A stretch of 64,000 bases of DNA from Candidatus Marinacidobacterales bacterium (GCA_965219415.1 CBDCNP010000002.1:1120001-1184000); one strand, 5' to 3'; shown: positions 29,448-39,665, counted from the first letter of the stretch. Made by a program: numbers and translations. Notes: a model not told the origin generated them from the letters alone.

Positions 29448-32362
29448 GAGCGCAACTTTCCTCCTTGGGGGTCGTAGGCCGCAAACCCATCCAGGATCTC
29501 CCCGATCACGTCTTGACCACTGGCCAGCCGGATACTCACTTTTGTACCAGGCTTGGCATACGGTGCCTTGACCCAACCCAATCCGATACCGTGACCCAAT
29601 ACCGGACTCATGCGCGAACTGGTCACGCGACCAATGATGTCTCCCCGATCGAGAATGACCACGCCGTCGTCGGGAACCGGCACACCGGGCGCCAGCTTGT
29701 AACTGATCAATTGCTCTTCGATCCCCCGTTCCTTGAAATGAGCGAGGAAGCTCTTGCCTATGAAATCGGGTTTGTCGTCTTTAACCGTAAAGCCAACCCC
29801 GGCCTGATAAGGAGTGGTCAGCGCGTCCGTATCCACCCCCGGCAGAATGTGCCCTTTCTCCAGACGCAGCACGCGCTGGGTCTCCACTCCAAAGGGCTTC
29901 ATGCCGAACGATCGCCCTTTCTCGAGCAGGAAGTCCCACATCGCTTCGCCATACTCGGCCGGATAATGAACCTCGTAACTGAGCTCGCCGGTAAAGCCGA
30001 TGCGAAACAGATAAACCGGCACCTCCTCGATGTGAGTCAATCCGCACGCCATGTAGGAGAAAGCCTCGTTGGACAGATCGATGTCCACCAGCGGTTGCAT
30101 CATCTCGCGCGCCTCAGGCCCGGTCACATTGACCGCTGCCAGAGAGGCGCCCAGATCTTTGACGTGAACATCGAATCCGTCGGTGGTAATCCACCAACGG
30201 AAGTTGTTGTGGATCGCCTCGGCGTTTCCGGTGGTGGTGGAGATGAAGTATCGGCCTTCGGCGACATGCGAGATCGTCCCGTCCTCGGTCAGGATGCCGT
30301 CCTCATCGACCATGGTGTGGTACCGAACTCTTCCCACTTTCAGCTTGGCGTACTTTCCGGGCATCATGAAGTGCAGAAACTTTTGAACATCAGGCCCTGA
30401 GACTTCGAGCTTGCCCAACGTGCCTACATCGATGATCGCCAGGCCCTCGCGAACCGCCACCGCCTCGTCCTCGGTGCTGGTATAAGTCTCCGGGCGTTTC
30501 CACAACCCGGCGAGCAGGAATTTGGCCCCTAGTTTCTCGTGACGATCATGCATCGCGGTACGGCGCACCGGAACGAGATGCGGCGCTCGACCGGCTAGAA
30601 CGCCAAAGGAGACCGGGACCAAGGGAGGGCGCATGGTGGTCGGAACGCCATCGGAATTCTTTTCGCTGCTATCGAGGACGGCGAGGCGAGCCGCGGCTTC
30701 ATAACAGGTCTTACCCTGGCAATGTCCCATCCCCATGCTGGTGAAACGCTTCAACGTCTCGATCTGATCGTAGCCTTCGGCTATCGAGGCCTGCGTTTCC
30801 TTGCGCGTCACGTCCATGCATTTGCAGATGAAATGTTTGTTTCCACCGCAATCGATGTCTGGTGGCAGAGCCTGGATGCACTCGTTCGGCTCCCGCTTGC
30901 TTTCGCGCACAGGCGCACGATGCGCTGCGGCTTTGCCGATGTCGGTGCCCTCCTGAATCAGCCTAGTGAAACCCGCATGCCCGTTGACTTCGCCGGCCGC
31001 ATAGAGACCATCCGGCGGATCGGAAACCCTGAATACGGCCCGTTCCTCGTCCCAGCGAGGGCGATTGCGCCCCATGGCCAGGAGTCCCAATTGAGGGGTC
31101 AAGCCCACCGCCAAAACGAGAAGATCACATGGGAGCGTTTGTGAAGCTTGTCCATCGAGGGGCGGTGCCGCGCCGAAGCCTTGGCGAAGGAGGGGCCCTA
31201 TGCGAACCGAGGAGACCCGCTTGGAACCAAGGGCGGCGTGCACGGTTTGACCGCGAAGGATCGTGACACCCAAAGCGTTCACTCTTTCCGCAAAGTAGCC
31301 TGATGGATTTTCGCGGGCATCAACGACCGCAGCGATCTCAACCCCCGCCCCCTTGAGAAGGTAGGCGCAGTGGTATCCACCGTCGTGGGTGGTCACGATA
31401 ACCGCTCGCCGGCCGGGCACGACGCCGTGCAGGCCAATCACCCTCTCAACACCCCGCCCGGTCATGATGCCGGCCAGGTCGTTGTTCTCGAAAACCAGAT
31501 GTCGGTCGTTGGCACCGCCAGCTACAACAACCGCGCTAGCCCGGATCTTGAACAGGTCGCTGCCGTTCTCGGCGGCCACCAGATTGTCTTCGTAGACGCC
31601 AAACGCAAGCGTGCCGGCGAGCACTTCGATCTTCCCTTCCTGCTCGACCTGATCAATCAGTTTTGTGACGGCCTTCTGCTCGGTTCGGCCGTTCAAGGAT
31701 TCATCGGCGCAGCCCTCTACAATCGAGACGTTGTAGCGGGCGTGTCCCCCCAGTTGCGGATCGCGTTCGATCAGTAAAACGTCTTTTCCTTCCCGTGCCC
31801 CGGCCAATGCGGCCGACAAACCCGCCGGTCCGGCACCGACCACACACAGATCGGGAAAACGGTAGCGCTTCTCGTACCGTCTGTTGACCTCGCGCCCATG
31901 GACATCAATTTTTCCAAGGCCCGCCGCTTTACGAATCATCGGCTCGAAGAAGGGCCAAGCCCACTTGGGTTTATGAAACATCTTGTAGTAAAAACCGTTG
32001 GGCAGTAGCGGCACGAGCGAATCGTTGATGGCCATCAGATCGAATTCGACCGAAGGCCAAGCGTTTTGTGTTTCCACCTGTAAGCCCTCTTGGGCCAGAA
32101 CGCGGTCGGCCAGCAGATTGGGCGCCCCGTCGACGGTAACTAGCGTCTCGGCACCATAACCCTGGTTGTCGTAAAGGCCACGCGCGCGATGGTACTTGAA
32201 GCTTCGCGAGAAAATGGTGATACCAGATGCAAACAGGGCCGATGCGACGGTGTCGCCTTCCATGAAGCGAATCGGTTTTCGGTTAAAGTGAAAGACTCCG
32301 ACGGATTCTTGTCGCGGTAGCGACAGGTAGGGGTGCTCGGACAAACGATTACGCGCAGGCAT
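29444..32362 (-). CDS. mgdC: N-methylglutamate dehydrogenase / sarcosine oxidase alpha subunit
   Basis: GDTVASAL, SRSFKYHR, GFYYKMF, VGAGPAG, TTMRPP, GcvT-like IDVGTLGK, FTGELSYE, LRLEKGH. Confidence 0.9.
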   Translation of the reverse strand: MPARNRLSEHPYLSLPRQESVGVFHFNRKPIRFMEGDTVASALFASGITIFSRSFKYHRARGLYDNQGYGAETLVTVDGAPNLLADRVLAQEGLQVETQNAWPSVEFDLMAINDSLVPLLPNGFYYKMFHKPKWAWPFFEPMIRKAAGLGKIDVHGREVNRRYEKRYRFPDLCVVGAGPAGLSAALAGAREGKDVLLIERDPQLGGHARYNVSIVEGCADESLNGRTEQKAVTKLIDQVEQEGKIEVLAGTLAFGVYEDNLVAAENGSDLFKIRASAVVVAGGANDRHLVFENNDLAGIMTGRGVERVIGLHGVVPGRRAVIVTTHDGGYHCAYLLKGAGVEIAAVVDARENPSGYFAERVNALGVTILRGQTVHAALGSKRVSSVRIGPLLRQGFGAAPPLDGQASQTLPCDLLVLAVGLTPQLGLLAMGRNRPRWDEERAVFRVSDPPDGLYAAGEVNGHAGFTRLIQEGTDIGKAAAHRAPVRESKREPNECIQALPPDIDCGGNKHFICKCMDVTRKETQASIAEGYDQIETLKRFTSMGMGHCQGKTCYEAAARLAVLDSSEKNSDGVPTTMRPPLVPVSFGVLAGRAPHLVPVRRTAMHDRHEKLGAKFLLAGLWKRPETYTSTEDEAVAVREGLAIIDVGTLGKLEVSGPDVQKFLHFMMPGKYAKLKVGRVRYHTMVDEDGILTEDGTISHVAEGRYFISTTTGNAEAIHNNFRWWITTDGFDVHVKDLGASLAAVNVTGPEAREMMQPLVDIDLSNEAFSYMACGLTHIEEVPVYLFRIGFTGELSYEVHYPAEYGEAMWDFLLEKGRSFGMKPFGVETQRVLRLEKGHILPGVDTDALTTPYQAGVGFTVKDDKPDFIGKSFLAHFKERGIEEQLISYKLAPGVPVPDDGVVILDRGDIIGRVTSSRMSPVLGHGIGLGWVKAPYAKPGTKVSIRLASGQDVIGEILDGFAAYDPQGGKLRS

Positions 32363-32388
32363 GAGTCTCTAGAACTAGCCCTGATGCG

Positions 32389-32652
32389 TTACGTCGGACG
32401 ATCCTCAAACCAGAAACTCTTGTGGTCCACATTATTGGCCGTATCCCGCTCAACCAAAAACCAACGCTTGCATCCCGAGCGGTGAAACCACCACTCCACT
32501 TGCTTGCCTTTCGGATTGCGTGCCATGTACACGTAGTCGGTCCATTCATCGAATGGCGCCTCCGGCTTCGGCCGCGGACAGTATTCGCCGCGAAAGGCAA
32601 ATTCGCCCACATGTCGTTTGCCGCAATTCGGGCACATCAACATGAAGCTCAC
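32389..32652 (-). CDS. mgdB: Sarcosine-oxidase delta subunit
   Basis: CPNCG..EF, YVYMARNPKG, EWWFH..GC..W...ERDT (Cys3His Zn site). Confidence 0.9.
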   Translation of the reverse strand: MSFMLMCPNCGKRHVGEFAFRGEYCPRPKPEAPFDEWTDYVYMARNPKGKQVEWWFHRSGCKRWFLVERDTANNVDHKSFWFEDRPT

Positions 32653-33995
32653 GCTGGCTCTTTCCCTGGATACCAGTCCGTACCGGCCAGCGGGATCTTG
32701 GCCATCGCTGCGGCCTCCAAGGTCAAGGCCGCAAGATCCTCCCGCTCGAGATGGTGCACGTTGTTCTTCCCGCAGGCCCGTGCCAGCGTCTGCGTTTCCA
32801 ACGCCAGGGTCTTGAGATAATTTCGGACGCGGGTCGTGGCCTGGGCCACGTCGAGGCGGCGTTCCAGATCCGGGTCCTGTGTCGTGATCCCCGCCGGACA
32901 CCGCCCGGTCTCGCAAAAATGGCAGGAGCCGGCCCGCGTACCCAACCGCTCATAGTCGGACTCCCACTCCGGGACGTCCCAATTGCACCCCATTGCAATC
33001 ATGGCGGCCTGACCGATGGATACCGCGTCGGCGCCCATGGCAAGGGCCTTGGCCACATCCGAGCCGGTGCGGATACCGCCGGAGACAATCAACTGCACCT
33101 TCCGATGGAGATTCAACTCTTGCAGTGCCTCCACCGCTAGACGGACCGCGGCCAACGTGGGAATCCCGGTGTCCTCTATGAAGCAATCCTGAGTCGCGGC
33201 GGTGCCGGCCTGCATGCCATCGACCACCACGGCATCGGCACCGGCGTGGCAGGCCAACGTGACGTCGTGCCAGACCCGGGTGGCTCCGAGTTTGACGTAG
33301 ACGGGGATGCGCCACTGGGTAATCTCTCGCAGTTCTTCAATCTTGATCACCAGGTCGTCGGGCCCCGTCCAGTCCGGATGCCGACAGGGGGAACGCTGAT
33401 CGATCCCCTCCGGCAATTTGCGCATACCGGCCACGCGCGGACTGATCTTGTTCCCGAGCAGCATGCCGCCGCCGCCGGGTTTGGCTCCCTGGCCCACGAC
33501 GACTTCGACGGCGTCCGCCTTTCTGAGGTCCACCGGATTGAACCCGTATCGGGAAGGCAGACATTGGTAGATGAGAATTTTGGAGGCCTTCCGTTCCTCC
33601 GGCGTCATGCCCCCGTCTCCGGTGGTGGTGCAGGAGCCGGCCATGTTCGCGCCACGACCGAGGGCTTCTTTCGCGTGAGCCCCCAGCGCTCCGAAACTCA
33701 TGCCGGCGATGGTGATCGGAATGTCCAGTTCCAGCGGCTTCTCAGCGAAGCGCGTCCCCAGAACCGTCTTAGTCGAACAGGCCTCTCGGTAGCCTTCCAG
33801 CGCATAGCGGCTGAGGGAGCCGGTGAGGAACGTTAAATCATCGAAGTTGGGGATTTTTCGCTTGGCGCCCATGCCCCGAATTTCGTAGCGCCCGGCCTCG
33901 GCGGCACACCGAATCCAGTCGACCTTGCCGGTCGAATAGGTGAAATTGGAAACTCCCGCCACTTTCGGGGGGTGTGCGTCCGCGTTTCCACTCAT
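32649..33995 (-). CDS. mgsC: N-methylglutamate synthase FMN subunit (GlxD)
   Basis: IAGMSFGAL, TTGDGG, GQGAKPGGGG, RHPDWTGPDDL, SGGIRTGSD, CHFC..GRCP. Confidence 0.92.
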   Translation of the reverse strand: MSGNADAHPPKVAGVSNFTYSTGKVDWIRCAAEAGRYEIRGMGAKRKIPNFDDLTFLTGSLSRYALEGYREACSTKTVLGTRFAEKPLELDIPITIAGMSFGALGAHAKEALGRGANMAGSCTTTGDGGMTPEERKASKILIYQCLPSRYGFNPVDLRKADAVEVVVGQGAKPGGGGMLLGNKISPRVAGMRKLPEGIDQRSPCRHPDWTGPDDLVIKIEELREITQWRIPVYVKLGATRVWHDVTLACHAGADAVVVDGMQAGTAATQDCFIEDTGIPTLAAVRLAVEALQELNLHRKVQLIVSGGIRTGSDVAKALAMGADAVSIGQAAMIAMGCNWDVPEWESDYERLGTRAGSCHFCETGRCPAGITTQDPDLERRLDVAQATTRVRNYLKTLALETQTLARACGKNNVHHLEREDLAALTLEAAAMAKIPLAGTDWYPGKEPA

Positions 33996-34008
33996 GAGAA
34001 CGGCCTTT

Positions 34009-34683
34009 CTAGTATGTCTGACTCTTCTCGGCGTCGAAATGGTAAAGCGTCTTTGCCGATGCGACCCGTTGGAACGACTTCGGATCCAAATCGATATCGG
34101 CCTCTTTCAACAGCTTGGCCAATGTTTGATGATCTGCCTTCTGCATCTTTTCGATCCGAGCGTCGGCGCCGAGGTTCGCAATTTTTCCGCGAACATAAAT
34201 GACCGCCTCGTACAGGCTGTCACCCAGGCCATGTCCCGCGTCCCCGCAAACCACGATGTGACCGACTTGCGCCAAGAACCCGCACATGTTGCCCACATCA
34301 CCCCCCACGACGATGTCCCCACCCTTGAGGGCAATGCCGCACCGAATCGAGGCCTGCTTTTCGATGATCAGCAACCCGCCGTGTGCCGACGCCCCGGCGG
34401 CCGAGGAAGCGTATCCTTTTACTCGCACCCGACCCGACATCATATTCTCCGCGACACCGGGCCCCGCGTTGCCGTGAATCGTGACATCGGCCTGCTGATT
34501 CATGCCGGCGTAATAGTAGCCACCATGCCCTTCGATCGAGACCTCGATGGCCCGCTCCAAACCTACGGCCAGATTGTGCCGGCCATCGGGGTGCAATATG
34601 CGCACCCGCGCGCCTTCCTCCAGGGCCCCTAGGCGGCGGTTTATTTCGCGCGTGGAAAGCTCGGTGCAATCTAGCGTGACCAT
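34009..34683 (-). CDS. mgsB: N-methylglutamate synthase GXGXG subunit (GlxC)
   Basis: HNLAVG, GYYYAGMN, GVAENMMSG, GDSLYEA, LYHF. Confidence 0.92.
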   Translation of the reverse strand: MVTLDCTELSTREINRRLGALEEGARVRILHPDGRHNLAVGLERAIEVSIEGHGGYYYAGMNQQADVTIHGNAGPGVAENMMSGRVRVKGYASSAAGASAHGGLLIIEKQASIRCGIALKGGDIVVGGDVGNMCGFLAQVGHIVVCGDAGHGLGDSLYEAVIYVRGKIANLGADARIEKMQKADHQTLAKLLKEADIDLDPKSFQRVASAKTLYHFDAEKSQTY

Positions 34684-35567
34684 ACGTAAATCTGCTCCGG
34701 CATGGGCTCAAAGGTTTCGGCTTCCTGGATCCCCGGCAGGCGAGCCAAGGCTCGAAATTCGGTTGCGCACGCGACGTAGTCGTCCGTCTCCGCCACCACC
34801 AGGGGCTTGCACGCGTAGGTGTCGCGGAGAACCGCAAATTGATCGCGCAGCCCGATGGCCAGGGTGAAGAACCCTGAGAAGCTGTCGATCATTCCGCGCA
34901 ACGCTTCCTTCAGGGACGCGCCGTCACCGAGCCGCCATTGCAGATAGCGAGCCGCCACTTCGGTATCGTTCCAACTATCGCAGGCGATCCCTTCCCGAAC
35001 TAATTCGCGCCGGATGGTATTGTGATTGGCATAGGAGCCGTTGTGCACGACACACAAATCCTTCCCGGCGGTGAACGGATGGCAACCTTCTAGATTGACG
35101 GCCGATTCCGTGGCCATGCGCGTATGGCCAATCATGCAGTTACCCTCCATACTGGGTAGCCCGTATCGTTCGGCCACGCTGGCTGGTGCCCCCACGTCTT
35201 TGTAGATCTCCATCTCTACACCCTGGCCGCTCATGCGAACCACTGGCGCCTCGGCCGCCAAGCGCCGACGCACCTCCTCAGCAGGCTCTTGCGCGACGAG
35301 AATCGCAAACCGGCCCACGGTTCGAAACCGTCCTTCCTTCTTTGCCGTATCGGGGAAAGCGTCCCGCACCGCGGTCCAATCGAATTCCACGTTGGGTGCA
35401 GAAAGCGAATACTTGATGTGACCTGCATCGACGGGTTGGCGATAAACCGCGACCCCGGCGGAATCCGGTCCGCGCTCGGTCATGGCTTCCAGCATCGGAG
35501 TGAACAGGGCGCCGAGCTCGGGACGCAAGGTGTCGGTGCGGGTGAAGAGGCCGACGATGCCACACAT
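34671..35567 (-). CDS. mgsA: N-methylglutamate synthase Ntn amidotransferase subunit (GlxB)
   Basis: MCGIVG, RGPDSAG, GHTRMATES, VHNGS, NDTE. Confidence 0.92.
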   Translation of the reverse strand: MCGIVGLFTRTDTLRPELGALFTPMLEAMTERGPDSAGVAVYRQPVDAGHIKYSLSAPNVEFDWTAVRDAFPDTAKKEGRFRTVGRFAILVAQEPAEEVRRRLAAEAPVVRMSGQGVEMEIYKDVGAPASVAERYGLPSMEGNCMIGHTRMATESAVNLEGCHPFTAGKDLCVVHNGSYANHNTIRRELVREGIACDSWNDTEVAARYLQWRLGDGASLKEALRGMIDSFSGFFTLAIGLRDQFAVLRDTYACKPLVVAETDDYVACATEFRALARLPGIQEAETFEPMPEQIYVWSR

Positions 35568-35576
35568 GGGAGCGCC

Positions 35577-36920
35577 CTAATAGAACTCCAGATAGCGTTG
35601 CACTTCCCAGTCGGTGACGTCCCGGTGGTAGTCGATCCACTCCTGGGTCTTCAGGTCGATGAACTCCCTGGTCAGAGCCTTGCCAATCCCTTCCGCGATC
35701 ACTTCGTCAGCTTTCAGGGCTTCCAGCGCTTCCCAGAGGCTTTGTGGCAATGTGCCGATGCCCAGCTCGGCGCGTTCAGCGGCACTGGTTTCGTAGACAT
35801 TGATGTTGTGCGGCTTGCCCGGATCGAGCTTGTTCTTGACCCCATCCACTCCAGCCGCCAACACCGCCGCCATCATGAGGTAGGGGTTGGCGGAGCTATC
35901 GGGGCTGCGCAGTTCCAGATGATTCCCACACACCCGCACCATCGCCGTTCGGTTGTTGTCGCCGTAACAAATGTAAGCGGGCGCCCACGTCGCACCCGAG
36001 GCAGTGCCACCAACCACCAGGCGTTTGTAGGAATTGACGGATGGGCAAGTCAACGCGGTCAACGCGGGAGCATGGGCGAGGATGCCGCCCATGAAATGGT
36101 AGGCGAGGGAGGAGAGGCCCATTCCCTTGGCATCCGCATCGTCGTGAAATGCATTTTTTCCATCTTTGACGAGCGAGAAGTGCATGTGCATGCCGTTGCC
36201 GGTGCGGTCGGTCATCGGCTTGGGCATGAAACTGCAAATCATGCCGTGCTTCCGGGCGATCGCGCTGGCAGCCATCTTGAAGAGAATGTAATGGTCGGCC
36301 ATGGTCAGGGCATCGGTATAGGTGAAGTTGATTTCGAACTGCCCGTTGGCGTCTTCATGGTCGATCTGGTACACATCCATGCCGCAGGCCACGATGGCGC
36401 GAGTGAGCTCGGCGATGAAGACGCTGCTGCGATTGAGCCCGTCGTAGTCGTAGCAAGGCTTGTCCAACACATCATCGTCATCCGCCGGTGAGACCCGGCC
36501 CGAAACAGGATCTTTTTTCACCAGGAGGAACTCGGGCTCCAGCCCGGCGTACAGCTCGCATCCCAGGTCTCTCTGGGCTTTTTCGAGCGCTCGACGGCAA
36601 ACGGTGCGGGCATCGTATTCGTAGGGCTTGCCGTTCACGTACCCGTCGCACGCAATGCGCGCGAAACCGGGCATCCAATCGATCTTGCGCAGGGTCGACA
36701 GATCGCCGCGGGCCATGAAGTCCGGTCCGTGCGGTCCCATCCCCAATCCCCACACCGCGAACCCGGCGAATCCGGCGCCGTCCTCGACCACCATGCTCAG
36801 ATGTTTCGCTGGTACGGCTTTGGTCTTGGCGGCACCGTGGATATCCACGAACTGCGCAAGCACGAACTCAATCCCGTTTTCCGAGATGTACTGTTCAGCC
36901 TCTGACAAGGTCGTCATCAT
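35577..36920 (-). CDS. gmaS: Gamma-glutamylmethylamide synthetase (GlnT-type GS homolog)
   Basis: AQFVDIHGAAKTKAVP, GAGFAGFA, KPCYD, DHEDANGQFE, SGATWAP, NNRT; adjacent to mgsABC. Confidence 0.92.
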   Translation of the reverse strand: MMTTLSEAEQYISENGIEFVLAQFVDIHGAAKTKAVPAKHLSMVVEDGAGFAGFAVWGLGMGPHGPDFMARGDLSTLRKIDWMPGFARIACDGYVNGKPYEYDARTVCRRALEKAQRDLGCELYAGLEPEFLLVKKDPVSGRVSPADDDDVLDKPCYDYDGLNRSSVFIAELTRAIVACGMDVYQIDHEDANGQFEINFTYTDALTMADHYILFKMAASAIARKHGMICSFMPKPMTDRTGNGMHMHFSLVKDGKNAFHDDADAKGMGLSSLAYHFMGGILAHAPALTALTCPSVNSYKRLVVGGTASGATWAPAYICYGDNNRTAMVRVCGNHLELRSPDSSANPYLMMAAVLAAGVDGVKNKLDPGKPHNINVYETSAAERAELGIGTLPQSLWEALEALKADEVIAEGIGKALTREFIDLKTQEWIDYHRDVTDWEVQRYLEFY

Positions 36921-36978
36921 GCACCTCCCCGGTAGGCGCCAGTTCCGATGTTACATATACACCCATATATGCGCCCTA

Positions 36979-37044
36979 ATGGTACTATTTTCAAGTAAAT
37001 AGTCAATATTATTGCGTTTTGGACTAATTTGGAGTAACTAGGCT
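36979..37044. promoter_or_regulatory. Divergent promoter region between gmaS and the Lrp regulator
   Basis: AT-rich. Minus-strand TTGACT (37006-37001), 16 nt, TACCAT (36984-36979). Inverted repeat ACTATTT-N6-AAATAGT (36984-37003). Plus-strand TAGGCT (37039-37044) 5 nt before the regulator ATG. Confidence 0.55.
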
Positions 37045-37049
37045 ACCAA

Positions 37050-38075
37050 ATGCTAAAGCAGGCTCATCCGATTCCGGGCTCCGACACCGCCACCCTAACC
37101 CCGACCCAGGCCCGCATCCTTTCGGCCTTGTCGCTGAACGCCCGGGCGCCCTATTCCGAGATAGCCGAGCAGTTAGGTGTCTCGCGGCAGGCCGTCAAGT
37201 ACAACCACGACTTGCTGCTCTCCCGGGGGATCATCGAGTCGCACTACGCCCTGCTCAACATCGTCAAACTGGGCCTTTTATACCATCGGGTCTTCTTGCA
37301 TGTCGCCAACATCTCGCCTGCCGCAGAGAAGAAATTGATCGAGTACTTCCGTCGGCATCCCAACGTGGGCTGGGTCGTCGAACAAGATGGCCCTTGGGAT
37401 CTAGCGCTTGCGGTATGGACACGCAGCATGACGGCGTTCGAAAAGGTGCTGGATGACATGATGTTCAAGATGGGGCGCCAGGTCGACGAAAAGCGGGTCT
37501 CCTATTCGGCCCGCATCTACCACCTGAAACACAAATTCCTGACCCAGGAGACGAACCTCGGTGCCCTGGAGGTCGGTGGCGAAGTTGCAGAGGTCGCGCT
37601 GGACGATACCGACTACGAGGTGCTCGGGGTCCTCACGCAAACCGGTCGCAAATCTTTCAGCGAGATCGGGGCCCACCTGGCCATCAGTCCCAAAGTGGTG
37701 GAGTACCGTACTCGCCGCATGCTCGATTTGGGTGTCATCCTAGGCTTCAACGTGAAGCTGAGCCACGGGCGCTTGGGATACACTCACCACAAGATCCTGC
37801 TCGAACTAACTTACGTATCGAAGCAGAAGATCGCACAGCTCGTTCGACACCTAAAACAGCTCACCTCCACCGTTTGCATTACTCGGTCGATCGGGTTCTC
37901 GGACTTGGAATTCGAGCTCATGGTCCGCTCCAACGCCGAATTCAATGCGGTCATGAAGGACTTGCGGTACACCTTTCCCGATCTCATCCAGAACTACACT
38001 TCCTTCATTATCCTAAAGGAGGCCTACATCAATTACCTTCCGGCAAAAAAACAAGTTGGTGATGCGGCGCCGTGA
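37050..38075 (+). CDS. Tandem (double) Lrp/AsnC transcriptional regulator
   Basis: Two HTH+RAM units: ARAPYSEIAEQLGVSRQAV..KLG..GPWDL and GRKSFSEIGAHLAISPKVV..RLG..GFSDLE. Confidence 0.88.
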   Translation: MLKQAHPIPGSDTATLTPTQARILSALSLNARAPYSEIAEQLGVSRQAVKYNHDLLLSRGIIESHYALLNIVKLGLLYHRVFLHVANISPAAEKKLIEYFRRHPNVGWVVEQDGPWDLALAVWTRSMTAFEKVLDDMMFKMGRQVDEKRVSYSARIYHLKHKFLTQETNLGALEVGGEVAEVALDDTDYEVLGVLTQTGRKSFSEIGAHLAISPKVVEYRTRRMLDLGVILGFNVKLSHGRLGYTHHKILLELTYVSKQKIAQLVRHLKQLTSTVCITRSIGFSDLEFELMVRSNAEFNAVMKDLRYTFPDLIQNYTSFIILKEAYINYLPAKKQVGDAAP

Positions 38076-38110
38076 TCCGACTCCAGCGTTCCGCAGGCGA
38101 GCGCATCATC

Positions 38111-38148
38111 CATTAATAAGGTGCTCCAACATTAATAAGGTACTCCAA
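38111..38148 (+). repeat. 19-bp tandem direct repeat CATTAATAAGGT(G/A)CTCCAA, candidate operator upstream of amt
   Basis: Copies at 38111-38129 and 38130-38148 with one mismatch. Confidence 0.8.
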
Positions 38149-38250
38149 GCAACGCGCCCATGCAATATGCAATCAGCCCTCGATTCGTCATTGCATACAA
38201 TTTCACGTTTCGAATAGAGTGACGCGGACGGGAGCGGGACAGAGATTGAT

Positions 38251-39638
38251 ATGACGGACGAACTCAGTGCCCTGACGGTCGTGTTCACCGAGTTCTACTA
38301 CTGGGTGACGGTCGTAATCATGTTCTTGATTCACGTCGGGTTTTGCCTTTACGAGGTTGGCGTCTCTCGGGAGAAGAACAAGATCAACACGCTGATGAAG
38401 AACGCGATGTTGATCCCCATGATCACGGTGGGGTTTTTCTTGTTTGGGTGGTGGTTGTATTTCGCGATGCAGAACGGGCCGGGAATCGGCGGCAACGGTG
38501 AGCTGAAGTCGGCCCCCTGGGCGGCACCCACGAGTGAGCTCATGGGTGCCCACTTGGGCGGCCAACCCGCCGACGAAAACCTCACGACCGAAGACACGGC
38601 GACCTGGGCCCGACTGAACGGCGTGTTCTGGGCCGCCTTCCTGCTCTTCTCCTGGACCGCCGGATCCATCCTTTCCGGCGCCGTGATTGAGCGGATCCGT
38701 TCGGGTACCTTTTGGGTACTGGCAGTCCTGGTGGGATCGGTCACTTGGGTAATCGACGCTGCCTGGGGATGGTCGGACGGCGGCTGGATGGTCCAGAGGC
38801 TCGGCTACCATGACGCGTACGCCTCGGGAGTGATCCATGGCTTGGCCGGTGGATCGGTGCTCGCGATCTTGTGGCATTTGGGACCCCGCATCGGCCGGTT
38901 TCGAGCCGACGGAAGTCCGCGCGACTTCCCCGCCCACAATACCTGGATGGTCGCCATCGGAATGTTTCTCATCTATACCGGCTTCTGGGGCTTTTACGCC
39001 GCCTGCAACGTGCCTATCCTCGATGTCGATCAGGGCGAAGGAGTCGTCTTTTCGGCGACGACGATTTACCTCACGCCCACCACGCTGAGCGCCATCACGT
39101 TCAATTTCCTGATGTCGCTGGCGGCCGGATTCATTGCCGGGTATTGGATTTCGAACGGCGACGCTTTCTGGACGTTTCAAGGCGGGTTAGGCGGGATCAT
39201 CACCGCCTCGGCCGGCAACGATCTCTACCATCCGTACCAGGCTTTTCTGGTGGCCGCGGTGGGGGTGTGCTGCGCTTATAAGCTGCACTTTTGAGTGGAA
39301 AGGAAGTTCAAGATCGATGATGCGGTAGGAGCGGTCGCAATCCATGGATACTGCGGCTTCCTGGGCGTGGTCATGGCCGGCTTCTTGCTGTGGGCCTACC
39401 CTAGCTCCCCGTACGAAGGCTTCGCGCCGATCACTCCATGGGGGCAGCTCGCCGGCGCCATCATCATGTTCTTCGTACTGGGATTTGTGCCCTGCTTCGG
39501 GCCGCCGGGTTGGCAAAGAGGGCCGGCGTCTTACGGATTCCGCCCGAAGTCGAAGTCGCCGGCTTGGATCACGTGATCGCCGAGAACGAGGCCACCGCGT
39601 CCGCGAAGCTGGCATCCGCAGAGCGCGCGGCCGGTTAG
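38251..39638 (+). pseudogene. amtB: Amt-family (methyl)ammonium transporter with in-frame TGA and a 3' frameshift
   Basis: GFCLYEVG, SGAVIER, WGW, DAYASGVIH, GPRIGRF, DDAVGAVAIHG. Reads LHF-TGA-VERKF at 39292-39294; frame change at ~39500. Confidence 0.85.
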
Positions 39639-39665
39639 GACGATGCAAAAACGACGGAGCACCGT

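Noticed and set aside
27584-32652. Plain sarcosine oxidase soxBDAG
   Set aside because: Direct linkage to gmaS and mgsABC favours N-methylglutamate dehydrogenase, although the substrate cannot be proven from sequence.
38111-38148. Direct repeat as a mini-CRISPR
   Set aside because: Only two abutting 19-bp units, no spacer and no cas genes.
39292-39294. In-frame TGA in amt (and TAG in ftcd) as evidence of recoding or selenocysteine
   Set aside because: TGA and TAG end many normal genes here, Trp is TGG elsewhere, and both genes carry other lesions.
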